Origin: Camelus dromedarius
Taxonomy: Eukaryota
Assembly: GCF_036321535.1 (NCBI RefSeq)
Contig: NC_087437.1
Coordinates: forward strand, 89,592,001 to 89,656,000
Direction of reading: 5' to 3'
Length of the DNA stretch: 64,000 nt
The first letter of the stretch is position 1, and every line of letters starts with the position of its first letter. The notes below the pieces were generated by a model. That model was given only the letters and a program-made list of their open reading frames with translations, was not told the origin of the DNA and ran no database searches. Both the position numbers and the translations under genes were made by a program. Positions 53,619 through 64,000 of the stretch are shown one piece after another.

Positions 53619-55151
53619 ACCATTGATTATTAGGCTTTTCTTGTTATAAGAAGGTCTTTTTAAAAAATAAAGGTTAATATATCTCTCTCCTTTTCCATCG
53701 AAAGGACTTGTTTGTACATTCAGAACTTAACATTATCACAGAGATTTTGTTAGTATGCAATAATCACACTTTATTTGAATTACCGTCTGTACAAATCTTT
53801 AGAAAGACAATAAATTAAAGCAAAGTATAACTTTAGATATCTTTCATTTCATATAATATCATGAAGTACTTTTTACCTTCTTCTTCATTTTTATTATTTT
53901 CCTCCCATTTTAATATAAATTATGAGAAAGATCTTTGAACCGTTCTACTTACAGATTTAGCTCAAATACAGCTTGTTTAGTAATAACAGGTGTTTTTGAG
54001 AAATTCTTACTCCTACTGTCATCAAACTTTAGCTCTCAATCTTATATACTGTATAATAGAGTTAACACAATTATTAAAAATTAACAATTAACAGATATTA
54101 AAATATTTTTTTCTGGAACAAGAGAAAGTAAAGAAACACAATGTTAAGTCTATCCTTGATGAAATTATAATTAGATATATATATTATTGTAAAGTACCCA
54201 TGATTTAAAAATAGTTAGGCTTAACACGCATTAGTATAGCCAACATGACACAAAACACATATAAGAAGTAGAAAAAGACAGACTTAAATAGGACAAATTG
54301 TCTCTGAACATTGCTTCTGCAGAAATAAAGTTTAAAACGTGTTTTTCTATAATGCGCTCAAACAACTTTTTATTTCTTCTTTATCTACTAACCACTTAAT
54401 CACTACTTAGAAATGCCTTTTCATATTTCTAAACCATGATGTAATTATGTTTTGCCCTTTAGGGTTATTACTTCAATTTCTTTTAGGTTGTTCTCCTTGA
54501 AGCAAAGATACTTATTAGTAAACATACAAGAAATTACTCATGGAGCCAAATTATCAATTTCTGGCAATCTAGAGCATTCTGCTTTTAGAGAATTCTGTTA
54601 GTAGAATAAGTAGATCCACTCAGCAGATCACTTTAGGATAATATGTTGAATATTTACTTAAAAGTTCCATGTGGTGACTAGTTCATAGTGACCCCATGGA
54701 TAAGGTCAATTTTAGAATAAATTCACGAATGTAGGTATTTTAATCTAATTGCAGAGGAATAACAAATCATAAACATTGATAGGGTCTTAAAAAAGCAAAA
54801 ACTATCTCTGTATCCTTGAATATCTTATTTCTTTGTTTGCATTTATAAGGTAAGGCAAAACAACAGTGTCCCATGATAACATTTTAAATTCTCAATGTTA
54901 TAGAGCTCCATATATTTGTAATTTATATTCTGAAACATTTTCAAGAGTCATAAATGACACTAAGAAAAATGATAATGTACTATCTTGGCTCACATTTTAG
55001 TCCAATAACCCTAACTGATAGTAATTGGGGTGACTTAATTACTTCTTATAATTAAGTAAAATTGGATCTCAGTTCCTCGACCCTTTTTAAAAAACCCTTT
55101 AACGCTCCATTTAATGTGTTTTCCAGGCCGTAACAAAGAAGCATACTGTAC

Positions 55152-55271
55152 CTCTTATGTTGCTGGTTGTTGCAGATGTGGTTGGGCTGGTTGTTATGGC
55201 TACAGTGGTTGTGACTGTTGCAGTGGTAAGGGAGGGGATGATAGTAGTGGGAGGCAAAGTGTTGGGAACAT
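55152..55271 (-). CDS. CADM2: CADM2 internal cassette exon encoding the Thr/Ser-rich extracellular stalk (40 codons)
   Basis: Minus strand reads ...ttttttccactcacCAG|AT GTT CCC AAC ... AAC ATA AGA G|GTACAG. 120 nt, phase 1 at both ends, no stop. Translation (D)VPNTLPPTTIIPSLTTATVTTTVAITTSPTTSATTSNIR matches the CADM2 stalk between Ig3 and the TM exon as I recall it. Long U-rich tract before the acceptor. Confidence 0.93.
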
Positions 55272-55312
55272 CTGGTGAGTGGAAAAAAACAAAATATAAA
55301 ACAAAATCATAT

Positions 55313-55631
55313 CATGCAAACAAAAGAGAAACACAAATGATTCAAATTATAAATACATACATCTTATTTAGGTTTCACTTTAACAGGCTTAAACAGATTA
55401 TCAGGTACAAAGCTGGCTGTACCTCCCAGTTCTTGTCATTTTTTTGTTCACTTCTGTTTCTCCTGCTCCTACCCAAAGCAATAAGTTGGAGCAATGTCTG
55501 AGAACAAGCAGATTGTTTGCAATATTTAGAGTGAAATTTAAAATGACAAGAATTCATTTGTCTGCTGAGTCATTTAAAAAGTTTGACATGCAGTAGCAAA
55601 ATACAGATAGATAAAACAAAAAATGACATGC
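55313..55631 (-). promoter_or_regulatory. RBFOX-type (U)GCAUG motifs upstream of the CADM2 stalk exon
   Basis: Plus-strand catgca at 55313-55318 and 55587-55592 (UGCAUG in the pre-mRNA) and catgc at 55627-55631, within U/UG-rich sequence. Confidence 0.5.
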
Positions 55632-58600
55632 TTTGTCAAAGAAGTAAACAAAGAAACAAAACAACAGAAAATAAACACAAATAACACCACCATATAAGAT
55701 TAAAGGAATGTTAACGATGGATGAGTATATGCATGTTAAATGCTTTTTGATTTTTTTTTTAGGAAAACTTAATAAGAAATAGGATGAAAGCAATCTTTAG
55801 AAACAAACAAAAAGGAAGCCAATTGTTATTATTATTATTTTGCTTTTGCTTTTCTCACAAATGATGTTAATGTACGGCTTAGAGTCTTGCAATTCTTACC
55901 CTGGTTAGCTGGTAACGCCTTCTAACAATTTGGCAGTACCTAGGAGTCTTTAACAAGTATTGAGTCAACTAGCACGGAACTCAGTATTATGAAATGTTGA
56001 GGATTTATTTCATTTGGCATACCTAGGAGAGGTTACTGAACACAGATTTGAACCATAACATTCAATCCCTAATCCATAATTAGTCAAAGTTGCCAAAAGT
56101 TGACAGGAGATTTCAATACAGAGCACATAATAAACAGAAATGGGTTTCCTGCCTTTCACTCAAAACCAGCTGAAAATTTGAAGAGCAGCATAGAGAACAC
56201 TGAAACAATATAGCCAGTGTCAAGCTACGAAAACCTCGGTAAAATCCTCAGAGTCAAATCTTGTCTCAAGTGGATGGGCATATAATTTACACAGTGAGGA
56301 AATTAGAGACAATTCACAAATTACCTGTAATTACTGTGCTGGGGTTTGATTTCACATGTTTGCCACACAACCCCTATATATTCAGAGTGCTTAACAGATT
56401 ATTTTGCTATTAAAAGTCTTCCTGTCATTTTCTCAAAGTCTCTGAGTTACACCAAAATTTTTCTAGTCTTTCACTTCTGATAAATAGCCTTACTCATCCT
56501 TAGATTTTAACCTGCTAAATTCTCTACACTAGAGACATCAAACAACAGCATGTGTTATCTTTGGTACTGATGTTTACACCTGTTTTTCAACAGGGAAAAT
56601 GTTTCCTGGCCAGTCAAATTAACAAAACAACCTTCTGAAAATCCAGTGGTGCTACATTAATCACTAGAGAAAATGGGTATTGCCTGGAGTGCGATCACCA
56701 TGATCATAAAGTAAAACTGACTTTAACAACAGTGTAAATGAATAAACATGCTATATGTGCACATATGCTTCTTGTTTACTAATTTGTATAATATTGTCTT
56801 ATTTTCATTGTAAGCTTTCCTAAATAGTTTCGGCAGGCTGGAGGTAAATAAAAAGCATTTTCTAAATTAAAAAGCATGTGTAATTTTAATTTTCATGCAT
56901 ATCTAACATAGAAAATAATGTATCCTTTATCTGTTAGCAAAATCATTTGACCATGAGGATCTCAAAATATATGTATTTAATTAACACCGAGGGAAATATC
57001 TTCCGGGTCTATCAAATATAAGAACATATAATTATATTAGTCCTGAAAAACTCCATGTAAAGAACTTGATATTACCAAGTCTATCACACTTTATAAAATA
57101 TTAGATTATTTGCTCTCAAAGGGTGAGACTAAAATTCCATTGGATTTGAAAAGCAGTGTTTCAAAGTTAGCTATATCATTTGAGTCTTAACAACTGGAGT
57201 GAAAATGACAGATTTTAGCATTTTAATTTAATTTTTTAGTTAGCAAAAAAAAACAAACGCATTGTTCGGATTTCTTTTCCTTATTCCCTATCAACCAAGA
57301 TGGGTAACAATAAATTCTGATTTGTTTTGGAGAGTGTCTATATATTTTCAGGTACTATGAGCATTCTTATATAAACTAAACAGTATCCTTACTTCGTGTA
57401 ATTGTGAAAATGCATGATTTATAGGTTTCCCCCCACCACAGCTAATATTCAAAGAACATAAAAACAATGGGTAATTGTTAATCCACTTCAAGTGGACTTC
57501 CCTAGAGTCTTTTAAACTGTCCAGATAGATGAGATAACACCACCCATTATTGACTCAGAGTCTGGCTTCTGCTTAATTGCTCATCATTCTCTTTCATTCT
57601 TCCCCCTTGACTTCACATGTACCTAAAAACAAACTGGCTGAGAAGAATTTGATGGAAAGCACCTTGGTCAACATGACTATTAGGTCAAGCCAATGACCTA
57701 TCAAATAAGAAATCTCTCTCAGTCACTGTTATATATATTTTAGTCACTAGTAACATTATTTCATCCTATGTGTTCTGAAACATCTTAAATATTTTCATTT
57801 TTGCAAAAATAGAGGATTTCTTCATTTTCTGCTTTTTCTTTTTAACCTACATGAATGTTCATGCAATTATTTCGACTCTATTGTGAAATTGCAAAGCTGA
57901 AATAATCTAAATACTCAACACCAGGAGATTGATCAAAATCAGCTACAATTCAACAATGTAAGATTAACTCAAATTGGTTGGAATGCTCAGAAAGACTAAG
58001 GAAATTATGTGGTACTTCTATCTAAACTTTCTACCTGCTCTGATTTTATTGGTGTTAGCCTCCCAACTTGGCAATTAATCTTTGAATGGAAGAACTCTGC
58101 CTACTTCATTGTTGTGTCACCTAGCACAGTTTAGAAGGTCAATAAATAATTATTAGATGAATTTGTTCACAGCATAATAAACATATAACATATTTTAGGG
58201 GGCCTAGAAAAGTCCACTTTTTAAAAACAATTCCAGCAGGGTCAAGTAGTTAATACAGAACTAAAAGATTTAATTACTTCCGCTCAAAAAAATTCTTCTC
58301 TGTCTTTAATATATAGTTTTTATTTTCTGAAGGATATATTTTCAAGACCACAACTTACAACTTCCTTCAATAAATTTCCTTGCTAACAAAATGAATCTTT
58401 GCCTACATATCCTGCTACTTTGAAAGCTGTGTGAGCCTGACCTGAGATTCACATACTCTACATCTCCTTATGAACTCTCTCCATCTTGACCTGATTTAAG
58501 ACTTTTTGAGAAAGGGTGTAAGGCCACGAGGGCTCACTAAGCAATTCTCACTGTGATCAGTGGTGAACGATCATGACAAATTTATGGGTTTTCTATTATT

Positions 58601-61600
58601 ATCCCCATTTAATGGATGAGAGGACTCTGAGATAGCGTTTCCTTCTCTCAAAATTACACACACACATATAGTTGTATTTCAGAGAGTATTTCCTAAAGAT
58701 AAGAGAGGTTCTTCCAACATTTCCATCTCAAGATCATTTATTTTATCTGCCTGGTTGTTAACTCTTAGTAAAACTCTGAGTTGTCTTCCTAAATCCAAAC
58801 ATCTATCTCTCTAGTTTCCAATTCTCCAAGCAAGTGGCAATATTTGGCATCATTCAACAATTATTTAAAAGGTCCTGGTTTGGTGCATTTGCTTATGGCC
58901 TTTTAGACAGTGGTTGTGACAATAGAGCTACATTTTCATAAGGAAATACGAAATTGGAAACACAAATAATCATTTGCTTCATTTTTGAGCATGTCTGGTA
59001 CATTTTTAAAGCCATTATACTGTTAATACAAAGAATATACAATCAAATATAGTACAGGATATAAAATGTAGGTCATTTTTTCCCCTTCTAAGGCATACTC
59101 ATTTTTATTTCTGAAGAATAAAAATACACTGATTTATATGCAGAAGAATTATACACATGCACACACACAAAATAAAAGTAACTGAATCCTGGTTCGACAT
59201 TAATTTACTCAGTTCATAAAGCCAGATACTCTTCAGTCATATTAATATTATAAGTAATTTTTTGAATATTACTAGTCAGTTCTAGAAGATTTTAATATAT
59301 GCCTTACAGGTTAACACTCTGTTATTAAAGAATATTTAGATGGACACTAAGATAACTATAAATAAAAAAGAAAAATTAATGGTAAGCAACTTATTAAAAT
59401 TCAGAATGATACCTATCTAATAGATAGGTCAATCAATTAACTATATAATATTTCATCTCTGATTCTATAATACAAAGATGGGCTCAATATTTTTATTGTC
59501 ATTTTCCTTGGAGAATGTGTTGATTTAATCAAATACTGTTGAATTTGCCTGACATAATGGCTAAAATAAGAATTTCAGCATTTATAATTTACAAAAGATA
59601 TTAGCTGTATTATACAGCTTCTAGATGCTAAGGCATAAGTAATGAAGTTAGTCATTGATAAACTATGTGGTGGATAAAAAAAGGTATTTTGAGAAGTGAA
59701 CAAAGTGAAGATAATTAGATTGAATTTATTTTAGATTATAATTTAAATAATATAAATTATTTAGATATAATTTAAATTCAAACAAGAGAAATTGCAATAA
59801 AATTCCTCAAAATCAAAATTTAAAACATACTTTAGTTAATAAGAAATTTGACTGCTATATAACAATTTCTTTCAAGTTGGTAAAAATTTTTATCACAATG
59901 TATACAAATACGTTACACCAATTTCTCTGAAACTGTGATTATATGTTTAACATCTTTCACTGGCAGACTAAGTCTTAGGTGACTACTTACCCACTGTATA
60001 TTAAAATGGATAAGACTTGCTAAAATAGCTTCATGGTTTAAATAAGATATTAAAGTGAATTCATACAGGTCTATGATTCATTATCTAAAACTTTATAATT
60101 TTGGTGAAAACTATAGTAGCCATGGTAAAATCAGGGATTTCTTTTAAGGGAAAAATACGAGCATTTTTATTGATAGGAAACTGAGAAAAGTAAAGGTTCC
60201 AAGACGTGAAAATATTTGCTTATAGTTTTACCTACACATAAGGTTGAATTAGAATAAATTACAGTTTTCATTTTGCTTGTAACATATACAAAATGCCATT
60301 CTAATGTAAAAGGAAAATTCAGGAGTATTTCAGTAATGTCAGACAGAACCCCAAATCTAGTCAACTGCACAATTGCATAATAAATGCAGAGTCTAAGTAG
60401 GCTGCAAAAGTTATTCATGTGAATGAATGTTGCGTTACAAATATATGCAATGTAAATACTATGGGTTACTTCTGTAAGAACCTATTCACTTGCAGAAACA
60501 CAATTTCAGCTCACACAACAAAGTCATTGAATCAGGAAACTAAAATTTTTGTTCAGGGACCATGGCTAAACTTTGTTTTGATAAATTCATCAGTCCACCC
60601 TCTCTCCTGCTTAAAACCCAGATGACTGTGATATGAACTCCAATCTGTACCCATCATTGTCTTGAGACATCTCAATGTTAAGGTTTTCTGGAAAAGCAGG
60701 GGCTAGAGTTCCCTAGAGCACATATGTCTAACTCCTTGTCTTTATTGCTTATAGTGCCAGGTTAACATAAACAAAAAAGCCAAAGCCCAGCACCCAAGAT
60801 TTCTGCCCTGACACAAACGTTTTCCCTAAGTTTTAGACTCAGCTCTTTCTGTTCTCTTTGCTGCCATGTTCTCAGAGCCACAACCTGATTCACAACAATA
60901 ATTTTCCCTTTCTTGTCCATCTTTCAAGTCCAGTTTAAACATAATCTTACTTGTAAAGCAACCCCCAATTCTACACAGTTAACATCTTTCACCAAATGCT
61001 TTTAAGCACTGCGTACACACCTCTACACATGTTTATTATTTATCACCATGACATGGTATTTATGTACCTATCTCTCCAATTAAACTATTAGCTCAATCTT
61101 TATAAATCAACATGTCTTTGTTTTTTAACATGTCATTTTGCCTTGGGACAAGTTTACTCTGACCCAGTCTCTCAGTATTGTCTAGTCTCATCTTAGAATA
61201 GCTTTCCTTTTCTTGATGCACCTAGTAGAATGCTACTCTCAAGTTTCTGCCTGATTCCTGTCTGTTCTGGGAAGACTTGACCAAATAAATCCCAGCTGAC
61301 TTCCCTTCCCTGAATCCTTTAGATGCTTTCTGAGTTTATCTACGGCTTCCCTCATTTTGTTACCAATACCACTCTCCCATGACGATGATGATTACATTCA
61401 TGACACACTACTCTGAACATACCCAGAGCTAAGTGCCTCTCACTAGCTCCACATCTCTCTTGCTCCCTACCTCAGTGGAGAAAACCTATCAAAATACATT
61501 GCAGCACTATGGTAACATTTTAAAATTTTATCTAATTTACATAAACAATTAACACACTTGACTATTCTAACTCTTATTAATAATAAAGCTCACAGCAAAC

Positions 61601-61679
61601 AGAATACATATAAAACCTCTTCATGAAATTAATGGTTGAAAATTGGGAAGTTGTAACATTCACTTGGCACACAAGTCCA

Positions 61680-61681
<2 letters not shown>

Positions 61682-61731
<50 letters not shown>

Positions 61732-61741
61732 TTATTTATTT
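61682..61741. repeat. (AT)23 microsatellite followed by (TTTA)n
   Basis: Direct reading: AT repeat 61682-61727, then tttatttatttattt. Confidence 0.95.
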
Positions 61742-63569
61742 CATTTTTTTCATGAACTAACAAGATGATAAGATAACAGAGAATAGACTCCATGGTATAC
61801 TTCTGTGCTTCCTCAGGGTATCTAGCTCTACGCTTTGTATTTGACTGGTGCTTTATAAATAATACATCTTTTGGTGGTAATAGCAATGTTGTCAGTAGAT
61901 TATGGTATAATTTTTAATAACATGAACCAGTAATTGAGCCTTAGATATGGTAAACCTCTGCAAAAAACTGTCCCTCCCTCCTCCTTTTACATGTATGAAA
62001 TAATTTTCAGGGATTCCTGGTAACAGTCTTCAAATCTAAATGATTATTTAAAAAATAAAAATGAAGCACACTGAAGAATCTTATATTCTGAATGCAGACT
62101 TTCAGTATTATTAAAAGTGTTAGAGCTCTAAATCATAACTCCCAATTCAAAATAACAGAAAAAGGGCCCTTTTTTTCACATTCTAATGAAAGAATTCAAA
62201 AAATGCAACCGTATTTTGTTATTGGAGCTTATTAGAGCACAACAGATCCTGTATAACCTTGTCAAAATAAAATCAGTTCCAACAAGCGCTGTATACAATA
62301 AATTGAAGAGTGGTACAGCACCTTTTCCCCAATAACGAGCTTTTCAGGTTAAAGGTATGTTCTGTTCTCTACAAATGCAGTGTACAATAATTTCTAACTT
62401 GTCAACCTGTTTTGTTTTGTGGCAGCTTCTCTTTTTAAAAATGGCATTCTGGCCCATTCAGAATGGATTTTCAAAGCAAAATTAAGTCTAAAGAGTCCCA
62501 AAGCCCAAGTTGCTTATTTCTCTCCAAGGACCAGTATTCAACAGCAAGAAAAACTGCTACCATTTAGCCTGGACTCCATATGTCTACTTCCTTTCTGCTT
62601 CGTATCACTTACTCGCCCAGGGGGGACCCAGGGTAATCAAGAGTGAATCCAAACCAAGGATTATTAGTGGAGATACAGAAGGGTCAGAACTCAACGTGTA
62701 CAAGAAGTATTAAGGCAAGAAGTGTCTTTTTGATAGAAGCTATTCATATTTCTTAATTTAAAAAAATAATAGGGCATCTTCAACCTTACTGATAATTGCA
62801 CTGCCAAAGGAAGCAATTGTAAGAGGAAAAGTTTACTGTATTTGCTTTTTTGCCTGTGCAGAGAAGAACGTTTATCTGTTCCCATTATGCTCAGCTACCT
62901 GTAGCAGCCTATTTGGATTATAGCATAAGAATGGATAACAGCACCAAGGCTCTTACTCAAATGACAACCACCAGGTTGACAAGGCCTCAGCTCGCCAGAG
63001 CATGCCTCCTCCTCCAGAGCCCTATGAGAACCTCATCTGCTTCATAAAAAAGAGCCCTTTTAAAAATTAGATTTGAATGAATCCCTTTTCATTCCTCTGA
63101 TAGCTTCCACTGGCTTCACATACTAAATGGAATCTTTATACAATATATAAAAAAAGCTGTTCTTGAAAAATGAAAAATGAAAAGTACTGCAATTTTAAAC
63201 TGTAGGCGGTAACCAACAGTCCTATGTAATTACAAAAAAAGTTTATGAATAAAACCAGTCTGTTATTTGAAAAAAAAAAAACCTGTGTTTTTTTTTTTCT
63301 TTTAAAATCCTCTTTTCCACTCCAAACTGACAATGTAAAGTGAAATTTAAAGTAGGGGAAAAACATGCCTTTGATGTAGGGGATTCTACATTATTTAGCT
63401 CCTCCTACTTTCATTCTGGAAGCTCCTTCCTAAAAGTAATTTAACAAAAAGGAAACCAGATGATTTGATCTAATACTTTAACTTCTGTAAGGATTTCAGT
63501 TTCCTTTGGGAGACTATCATTGTCACTCATTAAATGAAAACCTTAAATCAAAGATAAATATACACAAGA

Positions 63570-63750
63570 GGAAGTCTGATGAGTAGAAAAACACTGATTG
63601 AGAAATCTGGATGTTTGGATTTTTCATCTAGGTTCTGTGATTAAATAGATGAGAGACATTTTGCCTATAATTTAATCCCTATGTATCTATGCTTCTTCAT
63701 CTAAAACACTGAGTTTAGACCTGATCATTTATACAGTCTTTTTGGACCAG
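63570..63750 (+). mobile_element. MIR (MIR3/MIRc-like) relic
   Basis: gagtagaaaaacactgattgagaaatctgga..tttaatccctatgtatctatgcttcttcatctaaaac..gtttagacctgatca. Confidence 0.5.
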
Positions 63751-64000
63751 CTTCTTTATCAGTGATGGATTACAGTTGATCTTCTAAAAGCAAAACATCT
63801 TCACTCAAAGAAATTAGTAAATGTAAAAAAATTTACATAACTTCAGAAGATTCATACAGTCCCTAAAGGTGTTGGTTCAGATTTAAAAATGCAATAAAGT
63901 AAGCTTATATGGTAACTTATAACTGTAAATTATGTATCTCTCCCAACTTCAAGATAATCTCATGTGCACTTGGAAAAAATTAATGGTAATATGAATGTGA

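Larger units (their letters stand above)
1..55151 (-). other. CADM2: CADM2 intron downstream of the stalk exon (continues beyond window start)
   Basis: GT donor at 55151-55150 (minus strand). The next expected exon (DPNALAG.../TM segment) was not seen in 1-55151. Repeat-rich non-coding composition. Confidence 0.75.
55272..64000 (-). other. CADM2: CADM2 intron upstream of the stalk exon (continues beyond window end)
   Basis: AG acceptor at 55273-55272 (minus strand) with polypyrimidine tract. No Ig-domain exon recognised up to 64000. Confidence 0.75.

Noticed and set aside
55157..55501. 114-aa plus-strand ORF (MLLVVADVVGLVV...) that looks like a membrane protein
   Set aside because: Antisense shadow of the Thr-codon-rich CADM2 exon (ACN codons read as Val/Gly-rich). 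Splice signals and the protein match are on the minus strand.
1..64000. tRNA, rRNA, snRNA genes, CRISPR arrays, CpG island, prokaryote-style operons
   Set aside because: None seen; the window is mammalian intron and the remaining short ORFs are as expected by chance.

Overview
AT-rich, CpG-poor placental-mammal DNA, almost entirely intronic. One coding exon is recognisable: a 120-nt phase-1/phase-1 exon on the minus strand (55152-55271) encoding the Thr/Ser-rich stalk of CADM2 (SynCAM2/Necl-3). The window therefore lies in the 3' half of CADM2, between the last Ig-domain exon and the transmembrane exon, neither of which I see here. The rest is intron with old repeats (MIR, L2, L1M, CR1/L3, MER20, MLT1A, LTR33, other solo LTRs) and microsatellites. 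The repeat content suggests a cetartiodactyl, possibly a camelid (inference). The most unusual item is a ~160-bp insertion at 3.9-4.05 kb that looks like only the R region of an ERV1-type LTR (cap site to AATAAA plus poly(A)). It has a 17-bp TSD at a TTTT/AA L1-endonuclease site, i.e. a candidate LTR-derived, L1-mobilised SINE-like element. Also noted: a 177-bp, 96%-identical non-tandem duplication, a CR1 ORF2 fossil, splice-regulatory motifs and cryptic exon candidates near the CADM2 exon, and a few TF-motif clusters. Repeat family names come from recalled consensus sequences, not a search, and most boundaries are approximate. No ORF in the supplied track is a credible gene.
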